Both the position numbers and the translations under genes were made by a program. A DNA stretch of 63,856 bases, counting the filler, from Bigelowiella natans CCMP2755 (lineage: Eukaryota > Protista > Cercozoa): the NCBI GenBank assembly GCA_000320545.1. It is 6 parts of 6 records of this genome, joined end to end, with 100 filler letters (N's around TTAATTAATTAA, not from the genome) between each part and the next. Parts side by side here need not be neighbours in the genome. Positions count along the whole stretch, not along the records: positions 15,142 to 42,548 come from ADNK01001947.1; 5 more parts are not named here. The stretch is one strand, 5' to 3'. Under the pieces are notes generated by a model that was not told the DNA's origin, made no database searches, and worked only from the letters and a program-made list of their open reading frames with translations. Positions 24,805-40,021 of the stretch are shown one piece after another; positions within the stretch are counted from its first letter, which is position 1; every line of letters starts with the position of its first letter.

Positions 24805-27129
24805 TCATGCACACCATTCAATCTTGCCGTCGCTGCCGCCGACATAAATGGAGTTTTCTGTCTTGTTTTTGTACATCGTATTTACTTTACATGACTTTTG
24901 TGAGGTCCCCTGACGTCGGCATTGCAAAACTACGTGAAATGCAGCCATATTTCCTTTCGAATGAGGAGTCCGTCGCTCCGCTTCGACGACCCAACGGGGG
25001 GGGAGACATAGTTCCCATTCTTGTCTATAGTGTGTGCGAATCGGTTCTCTGTGCTGTAGCTGTTAACACCAACAACGTAGCCAAACTGCCCATGGCCGCA
25101 CCCTCCATACCAGCCGAAGGGGCTTGTTCCGGAGGCATAACAGCAACAACCCCTGTCAAACCAGCTGCCCTGCCAACCAGTTCTGGGTTGCGCGAGAAGC
25201 GAGTACAAGCACATGGGAAGGGGGGAGGGGGGGGGTACGGTACAATCTCTTAGAATCGCATTTGAATGACGATGAAAAAATTGAAATGACAGATCAATCT
25301 TCGCATTAGCACATTGACGCTCTGCTACATGGCCGCTCGCCACATTGCAGAAAGAGGATGTTTATCTAGCGGTTCTTCCCTCGCCCCCCGACTGTCGCCA
25401 CAGACACGCCACGCTAATTGGGCTTAAAAAAAGGGAGGGGGAAGCACCTTGGATCGTTGTGTTGTATTTGAGGCCCTGAAGGACAGCTTCCCTGTGGACA
25501 CGAGCCGCCAGCATGGTAATATCTCAGAGAACTATCGAGTTTGAAGTCGTTATAGATCAAGGTGAAATCATTGCTCGACGGGTTCAGGAAGATCTTGAAG
25601 ATGAGATCTACGCGCCGTGGATGGGCATCGATTAGGCCCTTCCAGTCGTTAATGGACACCCAGTAGTCCGAGCCAAGGGCCTTGTATCTGCAAGTGAAGC
25701 GTTTTCGTTAAGGGGGGTTGCTGATGGAACGAAGGAAGTGTGCGTCTCTGTACTGCCTCACCGCCGTTTTGGCCAATATCATCATCATCATCATCATCAT
25801 CGTCGTCGTCGTCATCACCCATATCATCCTAAAGCATGGGAAATGCTTCGAGACTTACCCGTTGGAGATTCGGCCGTTGCTGCCGTGCCACATTGGGTCG
25901 TAAGGATTGACAATGTTCCCCATGAGTTTGAAGCTTCCCCCCCCCTGAATGCCCGTAGGAACCCACGATTTCTCTTCCAAACAGAGGTAATCAGCCGCTA
26001 TATGAGATGGCCCTGAGCAACTACCGCACCACCACTGGAAGCTGTACGATGATCATTGCAAGGAAGCACGCACGCACACACACACACACACACGCGCAAA
26101 CAGAGAATAAGAATCAATACGAGGAAGTGCGTACATTTCAAAGCACAGCTGCATTCTCCGCCTTACAAACCCACGAGTAAGACGGGGAGCACCCCTCGCG
26201 GAACACCACCATTGATACGAATCATCAGAAACCACGAGCATTTGCACGGGGTGCCTCCCATGAGCTGCGCCACAAGCGTTTAATAGATGTTTCTGTTATC
26301 GACGAGGTAGTACCCGAATCCAGCTGAATCGGAGGGATCGAAGACACGCATATCCTCATTTCTCCCTTGGAAAAATCCCGCACGATGAGCAGCGAAGCAG
26401 CGGGCGTCCTTGGCCGGTAGGTGCCCTTCACAGTCCTCGGCTTTCCAGGAATAACTTGAGGGGTTGACGACGCCATGGCAGCGGCGAGAAAGAGCGCAAC
26501 ACAGGGAGAGAATTCAGTTATTTTTGCTTCGGATCTCTTTATAACGAGTGAAGATCACCCTATACTAGTAAATCCTGCGACAAACGTCGCCTTCAATTCG
26601 CTATGCCCCCCCCCCCCCCCCGCGCGCGCGTGTGTGTGTGTGCGTGTGTGCGTGACTAAGGGGTGAAGAAGAACCACGAACAAGTTCTCTCACAACCCCT
26701 TAAGGTAACCCCCGTCTTCCCACTTCTACGCTCTTATTCTCCATCTTCTTCTTCTAGTTCTTCTTCTTCATCATTCTTCGTTCTCCATCATCATCATCTT
26801 CTTCTAGTTCTTCTTCTTCATCATCATCGCTCTCCATCATCATCTTTCTTCTTCCTTCAAAACCACCTGATTGTCCCGGAGGCACGATTCCAAAAAAACC
26901 TGAAAAGTAAAAAATCGAGCCCCGAACAGAGGGAAATTGAGAGCTCCGAGGAATATAATCGTCTTTCCTCTGGCATAAACAGATCCTTCTCCTCCCCCTC
27001 CCCCTCCCCCCTCTCTCACTTCTTCCACTCCTCCATCCCTAAATCCAATGAACACTACGATGCATGCTAGAAATCTTAATAAATACGTTATCTTCCGTAT
27101 TATCCGCTACTACCACTCCTTCAGCAAGT

Positions 27130-27165
<36 letters not shown>

Positions 27166-27661
27166 CCGAACACGCAAAGTGGAAATCATGAATCTCTTTA
27201 CTTGTAGCAGCGGAAAATCTTCCACGGGGAGAGCGAGCGATGAGACAGCTTCGGGCACAAGTAGTGCACCTGTATAAGATACACGCAGATCATTGCATTT
27301 GAGGTTTTTTAGCGAGCCCAATCTCAGTGCTGCTAGCTTTTCTTACGAGACGCAAGTCTATTGACTCCTCCCATTGTATGAAAAGCCAACAGCATCGCAA
27401 GCTGTGCGCAGTACCTCTGCACGAATGTTGGCATTGCAGCCCGGGCACTGCCATTTGATAGTCGTCGCTTGCTCGCGAGGCAAGATCTCCCACTGCTTGT
27501 CCCGACCGCTCATGATGCGAGAATTCCAAACCGCGAGGCAGTCGCGGCCATTGAAGGGGGGGGGGCTGTTGCCGCACTCAGCATTTGTGAATGTGTGCTG
27601 GTACTTCGTCGCGCCGCTGTGTGGTGTAATCAAAAGATCATGCCAAACACAAATACCACAA

Positions 27662-27709
<48 letters not shown>

Positions 27710-28869
27710 TATTCCCAACAATTACACGGCTCGATGTTGCCATAGCACATACGCTCGGATGAGGTACTGATATTCTTGGAAAACACCGACAAGTACGCGC
27801 GACAAGCCAAACCGCAAAGCACCACCACAATGCACAGCAGCTTCTTCCGTCACCTGTAGCGCTTGGTGCTAAGGCACTTGTGGATTTGGAAGTCCGATGT
27901 GAGGCGAGTGCCTTCATGCTGACAGAGATACTCCGAGGCAATGTTCGTGCCCGAGCAGGCGCTATTCATCCACCACGACACCTTGCAGCGGCAAGAAAGG
28001 GCAAAACGACGATAGACAACACAGCCCCCAATCAACACTCGCCATCGTATGCATATATGTATATTCCAAGGACTAAAGAGGGAAGGGAGGGGCGGGGGGG
28101 GAAGGTCCCTTGTCGTCGTGGCAAATAATACCTTCGGTGGTGAGGTCATTTGCGCTCTCCAATCTTCATCCTCCCCACACTGCCGGGCCTCTTTCAGACC
28201 GGCAATACCTACGCAAACGAAGCCAGTGTGAAGAACCGTACCAGCTCAATTGCGAGCCGTGTGGCCTCATATCATCCGAAATCGCTGTCGCGCGGCGGCG
28301 ACGCCACCACCGTGCAATAGCGCGCCCACCGCACAATGAACGTACATGTATGGCCGCTTTGGAACGTCGTCGAGCCGCCGCAATCAGCACTCGTGTACGT
28401 GTAGGTGACTCCGCGATAGCTCCCTGCCAAAGGCAACGCACATCAACAAAAAAAGCTTTCAAAGGAAAAACGGCTCACGACTAGCCTTCCGATGCAAAAA
28501 ATCGTTCGGTGTGAAGGACACGTCGCTATCATTCAGGACGCATAGCTGGTTGGCGCAAAGACCTCCTCCGTTATAGCTCGACGGCGCTTTGCAGCGCGTG
28601 TGCTGTCTCGCCTCCTTGGAGAAATCCGTGTTTTCCTTCGTTATCTTGCCAGTGACAGCCATGTATTTCCACAGCGCATCCTTATCGTGCGCCACGCTGC
28701 CTAAGCGCTCAGAGGCACTGCCCGTGAGCCATGCTAAGACGATTAAGATGAAAGTAACGAGTATATCAGCAACGCTCAGTAAAAACCCTATCACGATTCA
28801 GTCGTGTAGCCGTAGTAGCAGGCACTTCGCTTGCTATTGGTTGGAAAAAAAAAACCTTTGTTTAAATCA

Positions 28870-28904
<35 letters not shown>

Positions 28905-29504
28905 TTCACCTCCGATTTGGATATCGCAGACGTCTGTCTCCTCCTTAACCGCCTTGACTGTGACTCCTGATAGTAACGATTGGGGCAAAAGGAAGGGTTG
29001 ATCACATCAACAGCACGTTCCCCTCAAAGACCCCTTCGTCTCTATCTTGCGGCATCCAAATCGAAATGCGCGCGCGCGCGCGCGGCGGCCACGCAGCTAC
29101 CTTTCACAGTGGACAAGTACGGGAAGACTTCTGTATTTCCAGCCTGAAAGATGGGGCGATACACCATCGCCAAAACGTCGCTGTCAGAAACAGGCCCGGA
29201 ACCAAGATATGTGCAGACTGTATTGCTTCATGTTGGATGATGACCTTATTGGTGAAATGAAAGCATTTATCGATGCGTGATTGCTGGTATAACTTGAGGA
29301 TTTCGGGGCCAACAAGGGCTCGGTCGTATATGCTGAAGCTCGCTGCGAGGCGTTATCAAAAACCAATGAAATAACGTCAGAACCACACCCCGTACTACAT
29401 TCCCCACTCTCTCAGGGAGGAAGATACGGATATAAGAAGAAGAAGGGTCAAAGCACAGACATCTAAATATCAAGCCAAACTGATATCCCCTTCTCTTCAG
29501 TACA

Positions 29505-29579
<75 letters not shown>

Positions 29580-30732
29580 GTGTATAATATCCATCGAAAT
29601 TGTAAGATGATATTGTCGCTGGTGAAAACCCGCTTAAACTTTGTTCCTAACCGATGCTGCCCTTCATCGTGCTGACACCCGAATACATGCTCTTCCCCAG
29701 ATAGTGATAGGCTCGTTTCTTTCCCGGGATAGGCTGCAAGTTGTTAGTGAAAAAGAGAAGCGTCACAAAAACTGTCCGCCCAGCCAGCACCAGCGCCGCA
29801 TGCAAACACACACAGCCTCGTAGTATTCTACACGCAGCAGCCACCAGGCCGTTCGCCCTGGCGTGTTAGAAAAGTAACATAGCGCAGGGAATACCTTCAA
29901 AGACGTCTCCTTGGTTCCGACCAGCTGTCCGTCTTTGAACACCTGATGCGACGAAAATGGACGCGGCGGCGAGCAGCACGCCAAAGGATATATCATGTCC
30001 TCACACTTCTCTTCGGATCTACAAGCGGGTTCGTACAGCCTGCAAGCGGCAGCGGCCTACCGCTATTGGCCGTTGGCGTGGCTATTCACAAAAATGGAAA
30101 ATTCGATGAAAACGCCCATGCGCGCATGCACGCGCGCAGCCCGCAATCGCCGCACCTTGGTCATTCCAGTCTTGGTTGTCACCACGACAACTTGCGTGTC
30201 GGCATTTGCCGTGAAGACGCTGCTCACGTCATGGGACCGAGAGCTGCTCCCTATCGAACGATAGTACGTTAGATCGGACGAAAACCATGCATGTATACAC
30301 AAACACAAACACCCCCCCCCCCACCCACACACCCACACACACACACTAACTTAATCACACAATTTGCACAAATTGAATCTTGCTGATTGACAGAAAAACT
30401 AAAGCGAAGACAGACGAATGCGCCCGTCTCGACCCATCCTCCCCCGCGCATTTGCAATCACCGGGGAAAACAACCCACCGCCCCAATACCTGAGAAAATC
30501 TGCCAGCGCAGCGTGGCCGTGGCCCCGACTAGTTGCAAGATCAAGTTGTTGTTATTCGCTGAATCGCCAAACTCGAAGACCCGCGCGTTGGAAACCAGAG
30601 AATCGAGCTTGAAGTTGATTACGACTGTCATCGGCTTATTGCCGCCCAGGTTGACGTTTTGAAGCTCCACGTAGTCGTCCACACCGTCTAGAGTAATTCC
30701 AGATCCTTTTGCACACACACACACACACACAC

Positions 30733-30776
<44 letters not shown>

Positions 30777-31716
30777 GCACAATTCATTGCTTAACTGCAT
30801 GTGTGCGTGGTATTCGCCCCCCTCTACGAGGGCGGGTTGTTGTGAAAAAATAAAAGAAGATAAAAGGGAACGAGAGAGTCATGCTTCCAGACAGCCAACG
30901 CCAACAAAACGACAACAAATGATCTCCAGGTGCGAGGCTCATATCGTCCTGCTGCAAACAAACCCACCTGCTGTGCAAACCGCACCATTCTTGAGGAAGG
31001 GTTCCATCGCCCCAAAAGCGTCACGAAGCTGGTGTTCGCACCGATCGAAGCACAGATGATGGATCGGAGACAAATCTACGGTGGGAGGCCTGAGCGCGTA
31101 CAGCTCAACGACCGGCACCTGAGGGGCAGCATTGCAAAGTTAGCCATTTCCTCTCTGTATTACTAACGATCTGGGCACGGAGAAGCGCCCTACTAATTGT
31201 GAGGATTTCTCACGCTATTCTCGTTGATTTTTACCAAAGAAAACTCTCGTATGCTATATAGCTGGCCGAGGAGTGCGGAGCGAATTCAGCATGCGCGGCA
31301 ATACAATGCAGCCTTGCCCCTCCCCCGCCCCCGCCTCTTCTGCGCCTATTTTTCCCAATCGAAGTGTTGTGTTGTGTTGTGTTGTCCTTCGATTGTCTCT
31401 AATCTCTCCACTACTACCGCTCCGTTAGGTCCGGGGAAACCCCCGGTTTGCCAAGCGCCATAAGTCCCCAGAGCATAGTACCTGATCGATCGCAAATGAT
31501 GCCAAATCACACCACTAATCCCAATGGACGCCTTGCCCCCACCATCCCCCCCCCCTCTCCCACTGTTCTCTTCCACGTACGCAAACAAACAGACATCAGC
31601 ACATTCCATAGGTGCAAAATATGGTTACATGCGTGTTCGCGTCGATCGCGTGTGTGTGTGCGTGCTGGCTATCAGCGAAGCAAGAAAGTGACTGAAGCTA
31701 TAAATTCAAAATTATA

Positions 31717-31753
<37 letters not shown>

Positions 31754-34275
31754 ATTATATTAATTAATATATATATATATTGATTCCTTACCAAGCTGAA
31801 GAAGTTAAAGCACTTCCGCTGATTAGCGCCTAATTGTATAATATAAACATATATCTAAATATATATACAATATATATATATATATATATATATATTTCTG
31901 TGTGTGTATGCGTGTGTGTGTGCTTGCGAACGTGCTCCTGTCTTGCATGCTCACCCACACGAAATTGCATGCATAAGATTATAGAAATCGATATAAATTA
32001 GGAAACGACTCCGACCTTATCGTTATCATAATACAATCCTCCCCACCATTTAGTGGTGTGCCTGATCGTTATAGAGCAGCACCGTGCGTGTTTGTTTAAA
32101 AGCAATCAAGAGGGCAGGGATTGGGACACTCATTTGACTCCTCCGCCATCTCCGCACTCACACGGGTTCTATGTGGCGGCGGACGCCGTTTGCATGCTTT
32201 GTTTTTTTGTTTTTGTTTTTGTTTGTTTGTTTGTGTGCTCAGAAAGTGAAGTGTATCAGTACGCGATTGCATCCGGCTCGTAACCGACGACTGTTCGTGT
32301 CCTTGTTAGGTAGGGATTTGATTTCTGGTACCTATACACAGTGGAAAAATAAGGAGAGGGGGGGGGGGTTTAGAGATTTTGACGACGAGGCGCGCGAATT
32401 GATTCAATCGAATGAGATGGCAGGTTGCCCTGCGGCTGTATATTTGTCAGTATTCGTGTGTACTAGAGAACATAAATCAGGGCCTGGGTCTTTGGCTGCT
32501 GTAGTAGCAGACTCGTATCACGCAACGGTGCGTGTCAATACTAGAGCACAGTCTTACACACAGTGTGCGCTCTCTAAGAAGTATAACGGCCTACACACCA
32601 ACTATATCATAGAATCGTCTTTACTCGCATGGAAAGCTCACCAGATTTGACACTTCTCTCCGCTGCTGGGCCAGCACATTTTCAGCCAAAGCTTATCGCT
32701 CGGCAGGCGCATGGCCTCGAGCTGGTCCAGAATCGCGTAATTTGAGGACCCCTCGTTGTTCGCGTTCACGCTGAAAGCGTTGCGCGCCCACGCGCCCGCT
32801 GACCACGTGTGCCGTGCGAAGAGGATTTCATCCCCGTTCGAGACCGCCCATTTCCAGCCGGTCTTATCTTGGATTTTGAGCACGTGATTCCTGGGGGAAG
32901 GGGGGGGGGAAGGTGGGGCGAAGGGGTGGATGAATGCATGGGGGCAAGTAGAGAAAGAAGATAATAGCTCAATTCGTCGATAGCAATCTCGTCGTTAGAG
33001 AACAGATAGGGTTTCAACCCCCTTCCAGCGAAACGGCTCGCCGTCGAGCCAAAGGAGACGTTATTAATGTATTTACCATGATAACGCAATCAACACAACC
33101 TCCCAATGCGCCGCGCTCATGTTCTATTCTGATTTTGCGGTGGTACGTGTGGTTACCACTCATTCAGCCTCCATTGCTGTATTTTAGGCACCGACACTTC
33201 CACTGCCGCAGCCGTCGAGTCTTGAGGAATCTGGAAAAGCGGAGTGACGTATTGAATGAATAAGGATGACCGAATCATCACGCCAAAACGAACGCAAAGC
33301 TCGGACCAATATCACTTCATTCGGTTATTTATTTTCCCCCCCCCCCCCTTCTTTTAAAAAGATTTTTCTTTCTAAAAAGCCACTCTGCACGGTAAAACAT
33401 ACGCCGTGCCGAGGCGGGCAGAGCCATCCGCCGTTAAGTCAGTTTGAATCATATATATGACAGGGAAACCCTCCGCCCTTCAAAACGGCCATTCAACGCT
33501 CTCTCATCTTTCATCTTTCATCGTCGTACCGGGCCTTCGGTGATTGCCTTCCATTGCTCGTGGGAGAAGAACGTGTCCTTCGATTCATATGGGAAATTTG
33601 CCGCGTTCTGCATGCCATACCAGTCGCCATCGTAGCGGTAGGTTCCGGCCTCGAGGTGAGGATGATCCTCTGGATTGTTAAAGAGCTTGTAGAAGTCATC
33701 AGCCCATTGTAGCCTGCATGCGTGAAAAGTCAAGACTCGTGGAGAATGGGGAGTATAGCCATGCAAAACCCATCGCCTGTGCCCGAGCCCCCCCCCCCCC
33801 CCCTCACCGACTAATAGACTAGCAGCCTTTGCATTTAAGAGAAGAGAAAACGCAATGATCTCTGTCTGTCTTTTTCTTTTCCTGGCTGCCTTACTGTGCG
33901 GCTGGCCACATGCGCCGAGGGAACTCTCCATAGTAATCATCAATTCCAATTTGAGAGACTCCGACGTGATGCTTCAGCCGGTAAAATTGGAAAACGATCT
34001 TGCCCGAGCCTGCATAGGGAGAGAGCAACTTAGAAAAGGCGCGCTCGGCATCTTCCTCTCCCCTTCCACCGCGCATGGTCCACGGCTATGAACGGCGGCA
34101 CGCATTCTTCGCTATGGTATTAGGAAACTAGCACAATATGGGAGGTTTGGGCGGAGAGAGATTAACACTTACTATCTGATGTGGTTACTCCGTGGATCGT
34201 TTGTTTTCCTGATTATTTTACGCAAACCAGCATCCACAATTATGCATGGCAGTGGCGGGAGTCGCGCTTCATATT

Positions 34276-34318
<43 letters not shown>

Positions 34319-34645
34319 GTTCGACTCAATAATGAGCGTTAACATATCATTTCTAGCTACTAACCCAAGACAACGAGCTGGCGCTCCTCCAGCCTTTACC
34401 CCCCCCCCCCCCCCCCTCCCCCCTCTCTCCCCGTTGACTCACCCGTGCACGGCGTTGTGCTGTAATACTTCTTAGCTTCTCCCTGCACTTTGATTTGATT
34501 CAAACCGCACACGTCATTGCGGCGGATTAGGTCGCAGTAGCTGCCAACAAAAGGACAAATTACGCTTGCACTAGCAGAGGTAATGGAGGTCATGAGAACG
34601 CGACCCAAGAGAGAACGGGGGGAGGGGGGGGAAGGGGGGCGAAGT

Positions 34646-34699
<54 letters not shown>

Positions 34700-34995
34700 G
34701 GGGGGTGGGGAGGGAAGTACGAGAAGCTCAAAGACAAACACGACATACCTGTACACATGGTAATGATAGCGCGTATTCGGTTTGAGCGTCTGGATTGTCG
34801 CAGTTGACGCGACCGAGGTAGGCCCGTTCATCAGGTACCTGCAGGGATTGTAAGGAACGATGGAGAGAGCTTCGTTTACACAAAAGTTATGCATGCTAAT
34901 CGGCTCTCCTTAGGCGCAGACTCTTGTAAAAAGGAAAGATTTCACACACACACACACACATACACACACACACACATATATTTATATAAGTATCT

Positions 34996-35036
<41 letters not shown>

Positions 35037-35738
35037 TAATTATGATGACTGTATTACCCTCTGTGATATGTCCGAAGATGCGACCACCCTTTCATGTAGC
35101 AGTACACGCCTCGAGAGGTGTAAGAGTACCTGGCAACGGCACAGCGGTGATATATCTCTCTAAGTGCGTGCGCGGTGAAGGCAGTTTTCGCGGCTGATAT
35201 TATTACTGTGTGTTGTAGTTGAGGTTCTGATTTGTGTTTGGGAAGACGAAGTTATAGTAATGCACCTAAAAGCAGCAAAACCGCCATCAGCGACAACAAA
35301 GACACACATACATCAGCGCCCCCCACCGAGCCGCCAAAAAAGCTCGAAATTGCGCTCGCACATCCCGAATCCACCCAGTATTGACGACGAAAAGTTAATG
35401 ACAAATGCTGACTATTTGGTGATTCCGCCGGGGTGGGGGGGGAGGGGGAGAATTGACCGGACGGGTGGAAGGGCAGTAGAAATCATCAGCTCTATCAATT
35501 CCAAGAGCGTGGAGTGAAACATGGCCAACGTCTTTCTTAAACTCAAATTTGAGCTCGCCATTCCGAGCAGGGTGAATCTACACCATCGTTTTCGATTTCA
35601 AAAAACACATCGAGGGCAAGTAGTCAGCCTCCCGCCTCAAAGACAAACGTCTACTCTCGATTTAAATGAGGGGGGGGGGTACTTCCAGGAAGAGCTACTG
35701 CCTCCAACACATACGCTGTGCGAAGAATGCCACGCGCA

Positions 35739-35782
<44 letters not shown>

Positions 35783-36710
35783 CATCTGTGCGCGAGTGAG
35801 TGAGTGAGTGTGTGTGTGTGTGTTTATATATCAGGTATTAAACATGCACTTCTACTGTTTGTCTGCTACCCACCCCCGTCGCTCTGGGCTTAAGTCCGGC
35901 GCAATCCGTATCACAGTAGGTGTCAAACCACGGCCCTCCATTCACGCGTATGCGATTCGTGCCCGGAACACTAGAGCAGTACTGGTAGATGCTCCACTTG
36001 TAGCTGAGGACGCAGTGACGGGGGGGGGGGAGGGAGAGTAAGAACTCTATTAGCACCGCGGGGATAACAACGCCAACACACCGGTTAGGGTTGGAAATGC
36101 GAAGATAATGGAACCGCAGCATTCATCACGGCAATGCAAAGAGGCGAGCAAAGTCCAAAATCTTCCTCCTCCTCTTTCGCCATCCCCGCCAAACCCCCCC
36201 CCACCAGGGCGTTAGGATTTGAGGGTTCAACTCACTTCTTATCTACTTGGAGGCCCTTCACGGTCATGACAGCAGTCCCCGCCGCGTTCCTCAAATAGCC
36301 CTTATGATAATTCCGCGTATGCGTCCAACCATACATCGTCGCTTGCTCGCCGTACCTACGGTTAGGCTCGATCAATTGTGTTGGGAATGAGCGGTGCTCG
36401 GCGTCTGATGCGCCAAAGAACTCCCATAAAAGAGGAGAAAACTAGAATTGAAATGGCCTGTTTGGTCGCAATTTGGAAGATAAGTGGTTTTGACTTGGGA
36501 ATCGACTAATCCTTCATAGTCATGTGGTTGCACCGCCTGGCAATTCTCATGGGGGGGGGGGGGGGGGGGTTGGCGTTTTTGCGGCCTCCTCCCACAACTG
36601 CGTCACCGAGCTGCGTGCGAAGGAGTAGTTGATGCAGTAGTACCAGGTTTGGGAGCTAAGAGGATCATGATAGTAGTTCGTTGTCTGGCTAAGAGTTTTA
36701 TCTCCTGAAA

Positions 36711-36746
<36 letters not shown>

Positions 36747-36805
36747 GTGGCGGGGGAAAAACACAGTAATCAGCCACAATGTATCAGAAATTTGTACGCA
36801 TTCAC

Positions 36806-36839
<34 letters not shown>

Positions 36840-37972
36840 AAACACAGGATATTTGGATGCTCGGGGCCTTCTTTTTCGAGAATGACATACATGAAGGGCA
36901 TTCTACCCTACCCCCCCCCCCCCCTCCCTCCCTCCCTCCCTCCCACCCTCCCACCAAAGTTAAAACCGTCCCCGGACTTCCTACTCGACTCGCTACATAC
37001 CCAACTGAAAACCACGCCTCGTGTGAAATATGGGGAAAGGAAAGGGAGATGGGAGGGGGACGGGGAAGTTGTGGAGGCCGTCCTCCTCCTCCTTCTCTAT
37101 CGGTATTTTAGCACGTATATGTTCCAATCAACCTTGAGATGTGAAATCAAAGGTAAATCGATGTGTTTGCCTAGAGGACGGACACCCAGGCTCGGATTCT
37201 TTGCCGACCGGTTCCAAGTACACACCAGATAACGCCACATGCCAGGCCACCTGAAACAAGACTTCCCATCAAAATACTAAATCCCGAACAGCTCACACCT
37301 GCCCAGATGATACGCACGCGCGCCGGGAGGCATGTACAGAGGCAACGTAGCGTTTTCCCCCAAATCAAAAAAGGCAAGACTTAGAAATGACAAGCGACAG
37401 GCACCAGCCCATAGCTGCGCTGAGGACTTTTTTGGGGGGGGGGGGGATAAGGAGAATGAAATCAAGATGCTAAACAGCAACACCACGAACATAATGGCGA
37501 CATGCAAGGAATCACGAGTTTCGGATTGGTTTATAGTGCCTGACCCTCGTGAATGTAAACTTGATCTTCCCAGAGGAATCTGCAACCGCCTCCCCCGAGG
37601 CAGAGGGGACTTCGCAGGCTGTTTGCGTCGTCGTCACATCCTAGTGATGGAAATGGAAGTTTTATGGGCCACTCTGCGAGTGCGATGCTGGTGGTGCTTT
37701 TCAGGATCACCATTCTTCAACTCTCTTGTGGACGAGTGCGCGCGTGCGTGCGTGTGAGGTTGTGTGTTTGTGTGTGCTATTCCAACACAAATTACCTCCT
37801 CGTGAGCTCGGTTTGCCTTTAATTTGTTTTGCGTGTTGTATGTAGAATGGCCTTTGTCGGACCATTGATAGATTCTGTAACTGATATCAGCAAAGAATGG
37901 GCAAGGGTGAGACATTTGCTGCCGACGCCGAAGAACACGCACAATACATGAGATGTTTAAATATAAAATATT

Positions 37973-38003
<31 letters not shown>

Positions 38004-38906
38004 TTCTCTTTCTCGCTATGTGTGTGTGTGTGTGTGTGTGTGCTAAACAAAAAATTATCCAGATTAGCTAGGATTTCGATGAGTATATCCCAGGTTACGG
38101 AGACGCGCCAAACCTGTATTTCTTGCCATCAATCAGCCCATTCACCGTCGCCGTCGCTTCTGGTGTGCTACATTGGCCATTTCGGAGAAACCCTAATACA
38201 TGGGAGAGCAATGAGCGAACAACAAAATACGTTTTTATAACAAATATGTAAAATTAAGATAATCATTTCCTAGTCTTGCGGAAATTATTGGAACTACCCT
38301 CCCCTCACCTTTGTGGTATGTGCGCCAGTAGTTCCATCCGCTAAGGGCCAAGCTGTCGTATCGTCCTGTTTGCGAGCTCACCGCCAACCTAAGATCCATT
38401 GCAAACGCATTTGCAGAAAGGCTCTAAAGCAACAGCTTGCATGATGACGAAAAGTAAGAAAAACGTTTCAATATCGATCAACAGCGACACAGGGAACTTA
38501 TCATAGTTCGTCGTGTATCAGCAATAACAACACTTGGCAATTTAGGGGCGCATTGCTGCGGTGTGGTGATTGTTTGCATACGTCATCGTACAGCCCAACG
38601 TTCTATCCCCCGAGAGGGCGGCCGCATTCATGGTATAGAATATAGGCGCAGTCTCGCGCACAGTGGGGCAGGAAGGGTTAGCCTGCAGGTTGTTTCATTT
38701 ACGACGTCATTAGTGGTATCTACGAGCTAAAATACGAGGATATTTGGACCAATACTGCTTCTCGTGAATGTATGATCAATACCATCAAAACGTACTGAGA
38801 ATAGGTGCACAACCCCCACCCTTTTCCCCATCTTCTGCATACCTTACTTTCTGTACGTTTCACACACACACTTACACACACTTACACACACACATTCACC
38901 CATATC

Positions 38907-38957
<51 letters not shown>

Positions 38958-40021
38958 GTGTGTGTGTGTGTTATAAATTATATGTATCTGTACAACCTCG
39001 TTCATCATTGCCTGAACCTGTGCTTGTGACAGCGCTTCATTGTAGATTTTAAAGCTTTTCAGCTCTCCCTTCAAATTGTTTACATATCCACTGCCAACCG
39101 TCTTGGCGAATGTAGTTCTCCCAGCCTGACAGTATAGTGGCATTGTTGCCAGCAGAAGCCGCATGAATGATAGAGCCATAGCAATGCAATACTCGCGATT
39201 CTCAAAAGAAACTTGCAAGCATCAAGGGTTGATGCTATTTCTCAGAGGGGGGTGGGGGGGCGTCGTTATCTCCCGTGTCATACATAGCTCTCTTTTGGAG
39301 AACATTGACAAACTAAGGATTAAAGGAGGTACCACTGCAAATGGGGCACTTCGAGATGACTTCAGAACTCCGTTAACATACCAATACAGCGTTGGGGATG
39401 TTGTGAGCCGTCGCACTAGCGCTAAGTGCACCCACTCGTTCCAATTGAACTGCAAAAAGTAAAATTCCCAACGATTTAAATCTCAAAACTGTATGCGGAA
39501 ATAAAAGTGTACGTCCGCGAGCGGGTAATAGCACCGAGCTGCGCGCTAGCAATCAAGATGCAGTTTTTACCGAGTTTGATCCCGTGTAGAAGCCTATATA
39601 TCCGCTGTTGTTGTCTCCGTTCGGCCCATAGTAATAACTAACGCTTTTGCTTGTTTCAACAGTCATCGTACCCTCGCCTCCGTAGCCCCCATTGAAGGGA
39701 TTTTGTCGCCCGTTAAGTTCCACTTTCATCCAGTACATGATTCTACATAACAATGATTGCAATGGGGTGAATCAAATGCCTTGTTCGAGGTTAAGGATAC
39801 GTCGCATGCTGGGAATGGTTTCTATGTTAAATTTATGACTATACTAACGTGTTTACTTCGATGAGTACTTACGTTTGATCATAGCGATTCCCTATGGTGG
39901 GAATGGTGATGGGAGACTGCGTGTAGCTGCTGTAGGAAGCAAGCTCATACAATATCCCACCCTCGCTAAGCCAGGGCGCAAACCCGACTAGAACTACGAA
40001 GATCCACGATGCAGAGATCAT
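24805..40021 (-). CDS. Large secreted multidomain protein with LamG (concanavalin-like) and fibrinogen-C-like domains; may be two adjacent genes split near 26500
   Basis: Signal-peptide-like MISASWIFVVLVGFAPWLSEG at 40021. LamG 1: WNEWVHLALVR..YWYVNGVL..LKGELKSFKIYNEALSQAQV. LamG 2: ITLDGVDDYVEL..ARVFEFG..VFKDGQLVG..YLGKS. Fibrinogen-like stretches NYAILDQLEAMR..LWLKMCW (~32640-32880) and DYWVSINDW..YNDFKLD..GWYGGC (~24930-25690). More than 25 minus-strand exons; full splice path not resolved. Confidence 0.65.

Noticed and set aside
28730-28794. Transmembrane helix IGFLLSVADILVTFILIVLAW in the LamG gene
   Set aside because: Falls in a GT...AG segment whose removal keeps the flanking exons in frame, so it is probably intronic.
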